From the NCBI GenBank assembly GCA_963764725.1, contig CAVXTM010000016.1, forward strand, positions 64,001 to 128,000: a DNA stretch of 64,000 bases, in the 5' to 3' direction. Numbering within the stretch: the stretch's first letter is position 1; the number at the start of each line of letters is the position of its first letter. Source of the DNA: an uncultured Gammaproteobacteria bacterium (GTDB lineage: Bacteria; Pseudomonadota; Gammaproteobacteria; JACCXJ01). This document shows, piece after piece, positions 1 through 11,039 of this stretch. The translations under genes and the position numbers were made by a program. Below the pieces are notes generated by a model that searched no databases, was not told the origin of the DNA, and was given only the letters and a program-made list of their open reading frames with translations.

Positions 1-684
1 ATCAAACTTACGCGCCAGGGCTTCGGCTAGCGCTGGCGCTAACCGGCCGCGGTTGTTGTGGATGAGAGATACCGCGTCGATTAGTTCGCTCTGGGCAGCA
101 TTGCTCCCTGCAATCTTCGCTTGCTCAAACAGTTGCTCCTCGGCCTTCAGCAAGCACTCGGTGTATATCTTAAGCGCGGGATCTGCAACGAGTGTCTTCA
201 GCTCTTGGATGATCAGTTGCACTTGAGTGCATTCATGTAGAGCTTGTGCCTTTCCAACGCCAGGCAGCGCAACGGCCTTATCTCGGCCGGACGTTTCAAT
301 AGCCCTCTTCTCGGCGATTCTTTCGAGCGACGCTAGAGCTTCCTTATGACTTCCAATAACGGCGATTCCGAGGCTGTCACCTACTTTCCAGGCTACGCAT
401 GCAGCCAATTCGTAGGTGAGGCTGGTATCATCCAGTGCCGCACTGAAACGCACACTTATCGGATCTTGGGGGTGTAATTCACATGCTTGGTGTGACGGTG
501 CACGGACATGATCGACCGCCAGCAGCATCCCCTGGGTACAAAAATCTCGGATCGTGCACGGGTGCGAGTCGCGATTCGGGCCTATCATCGTTGCGGGCAA
601 ATCGATTGCTACCCGTGACACACGGCGCCGTTCGCTGCCGGGCAGTTGACCGATTTTTCTAAAGGCAGACGCCTGGCTGACCAT
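1..684 (-). CDS. PilZ-domain protein, probably continuing into a DUF1631-like helical region (partial, runs off window start)
   Basis: Manually translated open frame MVSQASAFRK...ERRRVSR...IRDFCTQGMLL, matching the PilZ RxxxR and D/NxSxxG-like motifs, followed by AEEQLFEQA...NAAQSELIDA; no stop before base 1. Confidence 0.65.
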   Translation of the reverse strand, partial: MVSQASAFRKIGQLPGSERRRVSRVAIDLPATMIGPNRDSHPCTIRDFCTQGMLLAVDHVRAPSHQACELHPQDPISVRFSAALDDTSLTYELAACVAWKVGDSLGIAVIGSHKEALASLERIAEKRAIETSGRDKAVALPGVGKAQALHECTQVQLIIQELKTLVADPALKIYTECLLKAEEQLFEQAKIAGSNAAQSELIDAVSLIHNNRGRLAPALAEALARKFD

Positions 685-1075
685 GACGGGTCGGGAGGTG
701 CAATCCGCATACCGTTCTCGCATTTCGTGCCGCAATTCGCGCGTGCCGCGAACCTTATGCGCAAAAACAAGCAAGGATACATCGCCAACTACAGAAGAAT
801 AAAAGCAAATTTCCTAGTGGGAACCGGTCCCAACGGCGCACAGATGAAAAACCGCATGTGGCCGAATGGGTCGAGCGCCAAAATTCCGCGCGCGGCCGAC
901 TCATGGTTGGCTAGGGCCGGGACTACCAAATAAGCATAGAGCTGGTAGAGGAGCCGGTCGCCCGCGCTCCCCCCCAAGAACCCGCCGTGCCCGATTAAGG
1001 CAACGGGTTCATGATTGGTCTTGACCCGCTTTAGTGGACAGATAGTTGTCTAGAACCTATCTCAAATTTGCCTAA

Positions 1076-2212
1076 GGAACCTCTGCAAAAGTCCACGATC
1101 TGATCGGTAAGCGCACCGAATACAATCGAGGACGATAATGAGCAAGCAGATGACGCTGGGCACGGGTTTCGAGAAGTACAGCAAGACCACCCGTCGGGAG
1201 GAGTTTCTGACGGAGATGGATCGCATCGTGCCGTGGGGAGATCTGTGCGCACTGATAGCGCCGATGTATCCGAAGGCCGGTGACGGTCGCCCGCCGAAAG
1301 AGCTGGAGATGATGCTGCGGGTGTACTTTCTGCAGCAGTGGTTCAATCTCTCGGACCCGGGCGTGGAAGAAGCTCTCTACGACTCGGTGTCGATGCGCCG
1401 GTTTGCGGGCATCGACCTGGGCGAGATGCCTGTGCCGGATGAATCCACGGTGCTGCGCTTCCGCCATTTGCTCGAGGCGCATGGCCTGGGCGAGAAGCTC
1501 TTCCAACAGGTGCATACCCACTTGGAGCGCCAGGGTATCAAAGTGGGCACCGGCATGATTGTCGATGCCACGATTATCAGCGCCCCGCCCTCGACCAAGA
1601 ACAAAGACAAGTGCCGTGACCCGGACATGCATCCGACCAAGAAAGGCAATCAGTGGTATTTCGGGATGAAGCGCACATCGGTGTGGACAGTCAAACCAAG
1701 CTCATCCACGCGGTGGTCGCCACCCCGGCCCATGTGCACGACTCGGTGTGTCTGCCCGATCTCTTGCACGGGGAGGAGACATGCGTCTGGGGCGACTCGG
1801 CCTATCAGGGGCAGAGTGAGGTCATACGCAAGCACGCACCGAAGGCCACCGATTTCACCCATCGACGTTACCGTTATCCAACGGGCGAAGAACAAAACCA
1901 AGTCCAGCGTGCGCGCCAAGGTCGAGCACCCGTTTCTCATCATTAAGCGTATCTTCGGCTTCGTGAAGACGCGCTATAAGGGCCTGGAGAAGAACGCGCA
2001 TCGGCTGTTTATCACCTGTGCGCTCGCGAACCTCTACATGCTGCGCCGGCAGCTGTGGCGACTGGCGGGGGCGTAGTGTGCCTGCACTACGCCAAACGGG
2101 GCGAAAACGGCCCCTTGAACAATGACAAACAGACCTCACGACCGCGCTTCCGTCTGAAATCGATTCGTAGGCCCGCTGCCCGAGCATTTTTGGTTACTTG
2201 TTCAGAGGTTCC
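1076..2212 (+). mobile_element. IS5-family insertion sequence
   Basis: Terminal inverted repeats GGAACCTCTG.../...CAGAGGTTCC flanked by CTAA on both sides (1072-1075, 2213-2216). Confidence 0.9.
1138..2076 (+). pseudogene. IS5 transposase, frameshifted
   Basis: Motifs MLRVYFLQQWFNLSD, VDATII, NQWYFGMK and RAKVEHPF; the AHIGVD...GDSAYQG segment lies in another frame (ORF 1653-1946). Confidence 0.85.
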
Positions 2213-3128
2213 CTAAGCAGGATTGCTATTGTTGCAAGCTGAACAAAGCCTAAGAAATCTCGGCATAATATTCCGATCGAACGAGGAGACGCCTTAGCCA
2301 CTGAATCCAGGCGAAGAACCGCTCAACGAGCAGCGCCGCTCATAGCGTTGCAAACGGCGGGTTTGCGTTTCTTGCGATTCGAGCGGTGCGGCGCAATACA
2401 TGCCGTGCTCTCCAACCCCGAGAGACCACCCGCCCTCTGCCCATTGCTGATGACGGGGCTATCACTTCAGCCCGAAGGCTTACGGCCTGCAGCATTCCTG
2501 TCGGTGTCCTATAACTTGCCAAACCGCATTGCCGTCCCGGCCCAGATTGCCATTCCGCTGCTTCCAGCTTGGCGTACAACCGCTCATAGGTCTACCAGTG
2601 CATACCCCTAGACTTGTTTCGGCATATCAGGGCAATTCGGATCACCGCTCAATCCGGCGTAGATTTTCATTGCCCGATCATGCGCCGTTTCCCGCTAGCT
2701 CGGCCAGCCGGTAGCAATGCCGGCAGGCGAAGTTTCACCCGCCCATATAGAGGATCGCCACGCACCGCCCTCACATGCAAGTAGGTATGTCCCTTGCCCC
2801 AAGGAAGCAGGAACGGTCAAGCGCCCCTCCGTGGTGGAGTTACCACCCATAGAGGTATAAGCCAACTACCTTACTCAAGGAAAGTTAGACAATGCGAGTG
2901 TTAATCCCAGTTATCTACGTGCTTTCAACGGCCGCAGTTACGATTATTTGTTCAGGTCATAGTATTTTGAGGAACGGAATTTGTCCCTAAGTCGTGCACC
3001 GTAGAGGCACTCTGAATTCCTGTTGATTATTGAAAGACGATGTTGCCTCTTGCGGGATCGCGAGAACACAAAAAAGCCTGCTTTCACAAGGGCTTGTGGA
3101 TTTCATTGGATTCCGTACGATGCATAAA

Positions 3129-3204
<76 letters not shown>

Positions 3205-3317
3205 AAAAGGAGGTTGAAATTGTAACTGGCTTAGAAGAACATCGCTATACGCGAGGCGAAAATTGTGACGTCGGAAACCCTCACGTCCTCAACGCCATAC
3301 GGCGGACAGAGTTTTGT

Positions 3318-3992
3318 ATGCAGATATCTTTCATCATCCCAACTCTGAACGAAGAAACGATCGTCGGCGCTACGCTGCAAGCCTTACAATCGCCTCGAGA
3401 GCGCGGACACGAGGTGATTATCGCCGACGGGGGTAGCGAGGACAGAACGCTGGTTGCGTGTGCGGGGTTAGTAAATCACGTTGTCCCCGGCGAGCCTGGG
3501 CGGGCACGGCAGATGAATGCGGGCGCCGCGGTAGCCCATGGCGATGTCCTGCTATTCTTGCATGCCGATACACAGTTACCTGCCGACGCCGACTTGCGCG
3601 TTCTAGCGGTGCTAGCGTCCTCGGGATGCCTCTGGGGTAGATTCGATATACGGCTTGCGGGCAAGAACCCAGTCTACCGCCTGATCGAGTTTATGATAAA
3701 CCTGCGTTCGCGCGTTTCCGGTATCGCAACCGGTGATCAAGCGATCTTTGTTCGACGTACTATCTTCCAAACGCTCGGGGGTTATCCCGACATACCGCTG
3801 ATGGAGGATATAGAGATTTGCCGCACTCTCAAGCGCTTTGCCCGTCCCTATTGCTTGCGTGTCCGAGCGGTCACCTCGTGTCGGCGCTGGGAACAGCGTG
3901 GGATCTTGCGCACGATGATACTGATGTGGTGGCTGAGGCTCGCCTACGCACTGGGGGTAAGCGCCGGGTGGCTCGCCAGGTATTATGACTAG
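3318..3992 (+). CDS. GT2 glycosyltransferase, TIGR04283-like (rSAM/selenodomain-associated, arsenosugar pathway)
   Basis: ISFIIPTLNE, DGGSED, GRARQMNAGA, FLHADT, TGDQAIF, PLMED, RRWE. Confidence 0.85.
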   Translation: MQISFIIPTLNEETIVGATLQALQSPRERGHEVIIADGGSEDRTLVACAGLVNHVVPGEPGRARQMNAGAAVAHGDVLLFLHADTQLPADADLRVLAVLASSGCLWGRFDIRLAGKNPVYRLIEFMINLRSRVSGIATGDQAIFVRRTIFQTLGGYPDIPLMEDIEICRTLKRFARPYCLRVRAVTSCRRWEQRGILRTMILMWWLRLAYALGVSAGWLARYYD

Positions 3993-4629
3993 CGTAAAAG
4001 GCGTCCTGCAGGTTTTTGCCAAGGCACCAATTCCAGGACAGGTCAAGACGCGTTTAATCTCCGCGTTAGGCGTAAACCGCGCAACCGATCTGTATATGCG
4101 TTTAGTACATCACACGTTGATCACGGCAAAACGCTCATCGTTCGAACGCGTCGAATTGTGGTGTTCCCCGACCGCCACCCATGATTTTTTCTTGCGCTGT
4201 TCGGCAACTTACGGAATTTCTCTGCGAACCCAAAAGGGGCATGATCTCGGCGCTCGCATGGCGGATGCGCTAAGGGACGGGCTTACCAGCCACGATTTCG
4301 CGGTGTTGATAGGATGCGATTGCCCCGCATTAACCTCGGTGGATCTCGATCGGTCCGCCCGGCTCCTATCCGAAGGCTATGACGCCGCGTTGGGTCCCGC
4401 GCAGGATGGCGGCTACATTCTAATAGGGATAAGGAAATTCTCACCGTTCTTGTTCAATGATATTCCGTGGGGGACCGACAGCGTGCTAGGGTTGACGAGA
4501 ACGAAGTTATCCGCGCTCAGGTGGCGCTGGCACGAGCTGCCTCAACGATGGGATGTCGATCGCCCGGATGATCTGTTTAAGCTCTCCGGCGGGCCCACGC
4601 GTTCGGTTTCTAAAGCGCGACACTCGTGA
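3985..4629 (+). CDS. DUF2064/TIGR04282-like nucleotidyl/glycosyltransferase
   Basis: FAKAPIPGQVKTRL, DLGARM, IGCDCP, LGPAQDGGY, DVDRPDDL; overlaps the upstream gene. Confidence 0.85.
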   Translation: MTSVKGVLQVFAKAPIPGQVKTRLISALGVNRATDLYMRLVHHTLITAKRSSFERVELWCSPTATHDFFLRCSATYGISLRTQKGHDLGARMADALRDGLTSHDFAVLIGCDCPALTSVDLDRSARLLSEGYDAALGPAQDGGYILIGIRKFSPFLFNDIPWGTDSVLGLTRTKLSALRWRWHELPQRWDVDRPDDLFKLSGGPTRSVSKARHS

Positions 4630-4635
4630 CGAACA

Positions 4636-5091
4636 TTAGGCGGCATAGGATTTCCCCGGATAATCGCTCGTGCCGGTTCGCTTGCAAGGGGGATCCAGCG
4701 CTTCATAGTAGTTGCGTAGCAGCACCGCAACCCGGTCAAGAAGTTCTCCAGCGTCGCTGACCGGAACGTACCGGGTCGTAATGCCACCACGTGATTTCGA
4801 TAAACTACCGAACAGCTCCGATTCGACGCGATAGAGATTTGCCGCGACGCGATTCGACGCAAGGTTGTAATCACCGTCATGGATCGCCTGACGAAGCGTA
4901 GCTATCCGGTCATGATCAACCGGGGGTGATATATTACCGTCGCCGTAATGCACGGTCCTCTTCATCCGATCGGCTCTGGCGAGCTGCCGAAGCGTAGCGT
5001 TCTCCTGTACGGCGTTGCCCTTATGGCGGCAGACATGCGTATGCTGCCCGCTAGGTTCGCCTATCCTTGGCAAACGGGAAAGTTTCGTCAT
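4636..5091 (-). CDS. FlgM-like anti-sigma-28 domain protein with C-terminal extension
   Basis: VDHDRIATLRQAIHDGDYNLASNRVAANL resembles the FlgM C-terminal consensus. Confidence 0.5.
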   Translation of the reverse strand: MTKLSRLPRIGEPSGQHTHVCRHKGNAVQENATLRQLARADRMKRTVHYGDGNISPPVDHDRIATLRQAIHDGDYNLASNRVAANLYRVESELFGSLSKSRGGITTRYVPVSDAGELLDRVAVLLRNYYEALDPPCKRTGTSDYPGKSYAA

Positions 5092-5184
5092 CGCTTACGG
5101 TTCATGGAATCTGTTTTCGTGTAACGGCGATGGAAGATTAATCTTTAAGTAGCTTAAATAATATAAGAATATAAGAGGACCGGC

Positions 5185-5490
5185 ATGATTGAGCTCTTGG
5201 ATGCCGTCGACGATAACGACCATGTGATCAGGTGCATGAGCCGGGAGGATATCCACAAATTTTCCCTTAGGCACCGAGCCTCCATGTATTGGTTTTTGAT
5301 TCAAAACAACGTCTTTTCTTACAAAAACGGTCCGTGACAAAAGACTGCTCGCCTGGATTATGGGATTCCTCGGCGGCCGGCCATCTGTGCAGCGGCGAGA
5401 CCCTATGAGACCTATGAGAGATGTGCTCATCGAGAATTATCCGAAGAGCTCGGTCCTTTACATATGGTGGCAACTATCATTTAGCGTTGG
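5185..5490 (+). pseudogene. NUDIX hydrolase (YfcD/Idi-like), frameshifted
   Basis: MIELLDAVDDNDHVI...LRHRA, then a shifted frame HVLVFDSKQRLFLQKRSVTKDCSPGLWDSSAAGHL; further breaks downstream. Confidence 0.7.
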
Positions 5491-5556
5491 GTGTGGCTGA
5501 GGACGGCAACTACTGGGTCTTTTATTATTAGACAACATTTTGTTAATCAGTGTGTT

Positions 5557-7401
5557 ATGGAGTATATATCAGGTCATGTCGACAGAAAAGCGTCTACCGA
5601 GACGTTAACGACACGCTGCGGCGTTTACCGGATGCTCGACCATGCGGGCAAGGTGATTTACGTTGGAAAGGCGAGGAATCTCAAAAGGCGCATCAGCAAT
5701 CACTTCACTTCGCAAAGCCGCATGGGTCCTAAGGCACGTGCGATGCTCGGCCAAGTTTGCGCCATTGAAGTCACTGTCACCCACACGGAGAACGAGGCGC
5801 TTATCCTTGAGAGCAATCTCATCAAAAAACTTAATCCACGCTATAACATAGTGTTACGCGATGATAAGAGCTACCCGTATATTTACCTGTCGACCGACCA
5901 AGAATATCCCCGTTTAGCGTTCCATCGAGGAGCTCGCGCCGGCGCGGGTCAATACTTTGGACCGTTCCCAAGCGCCAGCTCAGTGCGCGCTAGCATCAAT
6001 CTTCTGCAGAAGTTATTTTTGATCCGGCCATGCGAGGACAGTTTTTTCCGGAATCGAACCCGACCATGTCTTCAATACCAAATCAAGCGTTGCAGTGCGC
6101 CTTGCGTCGGCTTTGTCTCAACCGCGGCATATCGCGAAGACGTAGATCATGCCGTCTTGTTCTTACAGGGTAAAAGCGAGCAGGTGATTGATACTCTAAT
6201 CGAGCGTATGGAGGTCGTTTCGGTGGCCTTGGCTTTCGAGCGAGCCGCGCGCATCCGTGATCAAATCAATCAACTAAAACAGGTGCAACAACGCCAGTGC
6301 ATCACGAGCGGCAGTGATGACGTCGACTTTGTGGCCGGCGCGACTCGGGACGGGAATGCATGCGTGCAGGTGCTCTTTGTGCGCTCAGGGCATATTTTGG
6401 GTCATAAGGCCTATCACCTCACGTATAGAGGCGACGCCGGGCCCGTTGAGATACTCGCCGCTTTTCTACCACAATATTATCTTACCGACCGGCCAGACCG
6501 GGTGATTCCACCGGAGATCGTGGTCAACGGAAATCTTCCGGAGATCGCATGGATGACACGTGCCTTGTCGCAACTTGCAGGGAAAAGGGTAGCGATACGC
6601 CACAGCGTGCGTGGTGAGCGCGCACGCTGTCTCACCATGACGGTACAAAACGCAGAACTTGCGCTCGTACAGCGCATCGCTAACCAAGTCCGCAGGCTCG
6701 ATCGCCTAGCTGCCGTTCAGCAAGCTTTAGCCATCGAGGCACCGATTCAGCGTGTGGAGTGCTTCGATGTCAGTCATACGCGCGGAGAAGCGCCGCTCGC
6801 TTCTTGTGTAGTTTTCGATGCGGAAGGACCCGTGAAAACCGGCTACCGCCGTTTCAGTATCTTGGGCGTAACGCCGGGGGATGACTACGCCGCACTCGCG
6901 CAAGCGTTGCAGCGCCATTACCTTCGAGGACTGCGCGAGGCCCGCCCGCTTCCCGATGTGCTTTTGATCGATGGCGGTGAAGGGCAACTGTCACTGGCGC
7001 GGGAAGTGCTCGAATCCCTTGACATCAAGGGGCCCCTGATTATCGCGGTGGCCAAGGGACCCTCGCGCCGGCCAGGGCTCGAAACGTTGATCGTCGGCGC
7101 CGAGCGGAAGGTCTTAAGCCTTCCGAAGGACTCATTGGCGCTGCACTTCATACAACAGATCCGAGACGAGGCGCACCGTTTCGCGGTCGCCGGACATCGT
7201 CTGCAGCGCGCCAAGGTTCGAAACGTGTCGCCGCTCGAAGCGGTTGAAGGCATCGGTCCGAAACGCCGCCGTGATTTGATGCAACACTTCGGAGGTTTTC
7301 AAGGGGTCGAACGAGCGGGAATAGACGACCTCAGTACGGTTAAAGGCATCAGTAGACAGCTCGCCGCCAAGATCTACCGTCATCTCCACGAAACCGCATG
7401 A
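5557..7401 (+). CDS. uvrC: Excinuclease ABC subunit C
   Basis: GIY-YIG motif GVYRM...YVGKARNL, LRDDKSYPY, ECFDVSH, IDGG, RDEAHRFA, HhH tail; start codon uncertain. Confidence 0.97.
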   Translation: MEYISGHVDRKASTETLTTRCGVYRMLDHAGKVIYVGKARNLKRRISNHFTSQSRMGPKARAMLGQVCAIEVTVTHTENEALILESNLIKKLNPRYNIVLRDDKSYPYIYLSTDQEYPRLAFHRGARAGAGQYFGPFPSASSVRASINLLQKLFLIRPCEDSFFRNRTRPCLQYQIKRCSAPCVGFVSTAAYREDVDHAVLFLQGKSEQVIDTLIERMEVVSVALAFERAARIRDQINQLKQVQQRQCITSGSDDVDFVAGATRDGNACVQVLFVRSGHILGHKAYHLTYRGDAGPVEILAAFLPQYYLTDRPDRVIPPEIVVNGNLPEIAWMTRALSQLAGKRVAIRHSVRGERARCLTMTVQNAELALVQRIANQVRRLDRLAAVQQALAIEAPIQRVECFDVSHTRGEAPLASCVVFDAEGPVKTGYRRFSILGVTPGDDYAALAQALQRHYLRGLREARPLPDVLLIDGGEGQLSLAREVLESLDIKGPLIIAVAKGPSRRPGLETLIVGAERKVLSLPKDSLALHFIQQIRDEAHRFAVAGHRLQRAKVRNVSPLEAVEGIGPKRRRDLMQHFGGFQGVERAGIDDLSTVKGISRQLAAKIYRHLHETA

Positions 7402-7964
7402 ATATACCGAATACCCTCACGGTCATTCGGATCGGCCTGATCCCGGTTTTCGTGATCGTTTTTTACCTGCCGGTAAAATCCGCGAATATTGCTACGACGG
7501 TGATCTTTACGTTAGGCGCCCTGACCGACTGGCTCGATGGTTATCTTGCCCGCCGTTTGCAACAGACCTCCGTGTTAGGGGAGTTTTTAGATCCTGTGGC
7601 CGACAAACTTATGGTGGCCATCGTATTGGTGCTCCTGCTGCAACAAGACCCCTCGGTATGGCTGGCCTTGCCGGCCGCCGTCATCATCGGACGCGAAATC
7701 ACCGTCTCCGCGCTGCGCGAGTGGATGGCCGAGCTCGGAGCGCGCGCCAAAGTTGCCGTCTCCTCGCTCGGCAAGTTTAAAACGACGGCGCAAATGATCG
7801 CACTCATCATGCTCCTTTATCGAGATTCGATTGGCCCCGTGCCTACCTATGCCGTCGGATTCGCTCTGCTTTACGTTGCCGCGGTATTAACCCTGTGGTC
7901 GATGTGTCTTTATCTTTGGTTAGCATGGCCGGAGCTCAAGAAACGCCAATTCCGTGCCGATTAA
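7398..7964 (+). CDS. pgsA: CDP-diacylglycerol--glycerol-3-phosphate 3-phosphatidyltransferase
   Basis: NIPNTLT, DWLDGYLAR, FLDPVADK, ALREWMA; canonical position after uvrC. Confidence 0.97.
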   Translation: MNIPNTLTVIRIGLIPVFVIVFYLPVKSANIATTVIFTLGALTDWLDGYLARRLQQTSVLGEFLDPVADKLMVAIVLVLLLQQDPSVWLALPAAVIIGREITVSALREWMAELGARAKVAVSSLGKFKTTAQMIALIMLLYRDSIGPVPTYAVGFALLYVAAVLTLWSMCLYLWLAWPELKKRQFRAD

Positions 7965-7980
7965 ACGACGTCCCCGCTCC

Positions 7981-8008
7981 TTGACACACGATGTTGCCGG
8001 ATTAGAAT
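7981..8008 (+). promoter_or_regulatory. sigma70 promoter of the tRNA operon
   Basis: TTGACA-16 nt-TAGAAT, 10 nt upstream of tRNA-Gly. Confidence 0.8.
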
Positions 8009-8018
8009 GGCGTCTAAC

Positions 8019-8094
<76 letters not shown>

Positions 8095-8106
8095 ATGACT
8101 CCAGAC

Positions 8107-8131
8107 AAAACCCCGACCGGTTCGGGGTTTT
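8107..8131 (+). terminator. Hairpin/terminator-like spacer structure
   Basis: AAAACCCCGA-CCGGT-TCGGGGTTTT followed by a T-rich tract. Confidence 0.5.
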
Positions 8132-8173
8132 GTTATTTTTCCTTACCTTACGACTAACGACCACACGGTTTTC

Positions 8174-8247
8174 GGCTGGGTGGCAGAGTGGTTATGCAGC
8201 GGCCTGCAAAGCCGTGTACGCCGGTTCGATTCCGACCCCAGCCTCCA
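8174..8247 (+). tRNA. tRNA-Cys(GCA)
   Basis: GGCTGGGTGGCAGAGTGG...CTGCAAA...TTCGATTCC...CTCCA, 74 nt. Confidence 0.97.
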
Positions 8248-8275
8248 CTAAATCGCAAGCGCCTCACGTCATAAT

Positions 8276-8364
8276 GCCCGGGTGGCGGAACAGGTAGACG
8301 CAAGGGACTTAAAATCCCTCGGGAGCTAACTCCCGTGCCGGTTCGACTCCGGCCCCGGGCACCA
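8276..8364 (+). tRNA. tRNA-Leu(TAA)
   Basis: GCCCGGGTGGCGGAACAGGTAGACGC...CTTAAAA, long variable arm, ...CACCA. Confidence 0.97.
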
Positions 8365-8456
8365 TTTGAATATCAAGTAATTATAATTCTTTTCTCGCTT
8401 CAGCGTTAAGCATTGTTCTTTGGGGTCTGTGTAATTTATGCATGTCACGCAATTCG

Positions 8457-9305
8457 CTAGTCAGCCGGCCGGTAGCGGCGCTCAAGCTTATCCAGCGCCG
8501 CGCGTATATGATCACTGTTGTGATGGCTGTGGCGCGCTACCATTTGTACCGTCTTATGGCTGTACGGTCGGCAGATCCACCCCGGCTTGGACTAAGTGAG
8601 TGATCGCCGTATGGCGTAGCGTGTGCCGCACGACTTCCCTGGGGTCCAAACCCGCGCGCACTACGACGCGACGGAAGGGTTCTTCGATCCATTTCGTGTG
8701 ACCCTTCTTGGGGCGGAAGGGAAATAACCATTCCTGCCTGAACTGTGCTGTTTCGATATACCTTCTTAAGAACTCCGCAAGGTAAGCTGTCATTGGTTGT
8801 TCCCGCGCACCGGCCTTCGCTGGGGGAGATAGATGATCGCCGTTCAAGCTCGATATGCTCCAAGCGGATGGAGAGAATTTCCATTCGGCGCAGCGAAGTT
8901 TCGAGCGCAATGAGGATAAATGGGTATATCTGAAAGTTTTGGTCTGCCCTGGCCGCATCCAAAAGGAGCGCGATCTGTTCTGTAGGCAAGTAGGTAATGC
9001 GCCCTCGGTCCTCTTTAAGACGCTCGATTGAAGTGGGCCTGGCATCTATCCACTGCCATTCCACCCCCTTGGTGAAGAGGTGGGAAAGTGCGGCGAGCTC
9101 GCGGTTGATTGAGCAGGAGCAGCACCAGCTTCGAGGCGCTGCTTCTTATAGCGCTGGACGTCAAAGGTGCGGACCTTGGCGAGCGGCTTACGCCTAAAGA
9201 ACGGCAACAAGTGGTAAATGAAGCCGGTAGCGCTTTTTCTCGATATCTTTTCCACCGTCCTGGACGAGTTTATCAAAATAGACTCGGGCGGCTTGAGCGA
9301 ACGCC
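8457..9305 (-). pseudogene. Tyrosine recombinase/integrase remnant
   Basis: ALETSLRRMEIL, HTLRHTAITHLVQAGVDLPTVQ and HKTVQMVAR spread over several frames. Confidence 0.85.
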
Positions 9306-9499
9306 CCCGTGTTCAAAATCCACAGGACGGCTTCGAGCACATAGCGCGTAGGAATCGGTTTGCGTCCCAGACGGCTTTCAGGACTATGTTCTTCCGGAAA
9401 ATGTTCCCGGATGCGTTCCCAGTGCTCATCGCTCAGACGTATCACACTTCCGATTATACACTATGTATATCATCAGGTACTATTTTGAGATAGGTTCTA
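9305..9499 (-). mobile_element. IS5-family (IS427-like) left end and transposase N-terminal fragment
   Basis: MIRLSDEHWERIREHFP...GRKP...VLEAVLWILNTGA; the terminus TAGAACCTATCTCAAA is also present at 1051-1066. Confidence 0.7.
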
Positions 9500-10090
9500 A
9501 TCAATGCGATCGGCGATGGGCTTACACCGGCGACGAGCTTGCCCCAGACTCCTCTTGGTTTTTACACAACCTCGGCCAGGAGCCGCCACTCCAACAACAT
9601 CAGAGGCCAGTGTCTGCTATGCAGCGTTTTGCTTACCGTTGTATCCGGTGCGGTACACGATCAGCTTGGGAAGCCGATGATGGACTGCCTCTCCTATGGC
9701 ATTTTTCTGAGCCCGAAAAACGCGCGTGCGCGTGATGGGGTTCATAAACGATGGATTACTATATGACCCAAAACGAAGAGCTACGACTTCCAGGACGAAA
9801 AATTTAACGGATGACAGGCGAACGCTCCGCATTTCAGGTTTACCCGGCTCCTGTGACCCTGGCACCTCGAACCCGAGCTCGAAGGCTATCGGGATGAGGC
9901 CCGCAGTCGTGCCGAGCAGGAAGTAATCGAGGGGCCGGTAACAGTCCTACAGCCTGAAACGCTGCATACACAACTCCTTCACCTCGTCACCCCTACCTTA
10001 ACCGCTTAGATACCGCCGCTTTAGCTAGGGGGACGATGATAGGCGTCAAACTGAGCCCGGTATTCTTTGCTTTCGGCTCATCCATTCGCT

Positions 10091-10190
10091 TCTATTTATA
10101 CAGGGTCGGTTTGGAGATCCCCATCAATTGGCAGATCTCGTTGATGCCGTGTTCGCGTTGGTTGTACAGTTTGACAACTAGCCGCCGCGA
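10091..10190 (-). pseudogene. Serine resolvase C-terminal HTH fragment
   Basis: RRLVVKLYNQREHGINEICQLMGISKPTLYK. Confidence 0.55.
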
Positions 10191-10706
10191 GCCCGCCTGT
10201 GTCCCTGATGCGTTTCATGGCTGGGTTATCGGCAAGCACCCCTGGGTCCCCCCCCCCCCCCCAGGCCCCTCTCATGGCGCGACCACGAGGCTGACCAGTT
10301 GCGCTCTCGGCCGTGTCTCGTGCAGTCCAGCTCAAGGGGTGCGCGAACAGCGTGGCGACGCCAAAACGCTGGGAAATGCGTCGCTACGCAGTGACATTTG
10401 CGAGCCCGGTATTTTACCGCGCTGCAGTTCATCGTCGTGGTTGGGCGTGATCGACAAAGCGTGCTAACCGACTGACGACCTAGCCATAAATACGCCTACG
10501 GTCATCAAACGAAATGCTGACGACCTCGTTATGGCATGGGGCGTGCCTACTGCATTAAATCCATTCTGAACTTCGTTCTCACTGGTAGGAATCGAAGTGG
10601 GTGGTGCTATGTAAAGCAACAGGTGGTACGCGCCGATCGGCCACTATCTATCTGTATAGTTGTGCCTCAAATAAAGGGAGATTTACATGAGGAATTGGGC
10701 TGCGGT

Positions 10707-11039
10707 GTGTTATTAACTACTTTTCTTCTGGCTGCGTGCGCCACAGCGAGCAAGATATCTGGGGTGCAACTCGGAATGACAAAAGACGAAGTGTTCAGGG
10801 TCATGGGAAACCCGATCAGCGTTAGTGCGCTGGCTGGTTTAGAATATCTTGACTATGTCCTCTCAGAACCACACGACGATGCGTTCCAGGGCTGGACCAC
10901 GGCATACTACGTGAGGCCCGTTAAGACCACGCCATACTACGTGAGGCTCGTTAACGGAAACGTAGAGTCCTACGGTCGCACTGGCGACTTTGACAGCACT
11001 ACCGTCCGCCTGGAGAGCGATCACACAATAGGCTTGTGA
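10707..11039 (+). CDS. Small lipoprotein, SmpA/OmlA-like (5' end possibly frameshifted from ATG 10687)
   Basis: Lipobox LLAAC, then VQLGMTKDEVFRVMGNP. Confidence 0.6.
   Translation: MLLTTFLLAACATASKISGVQLGMTKDEVFRVMGNPISVSALAGLEYLDYVLSEPHDDAFQGWTTAYYVRPVKTTPYYVRLVNGNVESYGRTGDFDSTTVRLESDHTIGL

Noticed and set aside
10248-10262. Poly-C tract as a phase-variation switch
   Set aside because: Not within a credible gene or promoter; could be an assembly artefact
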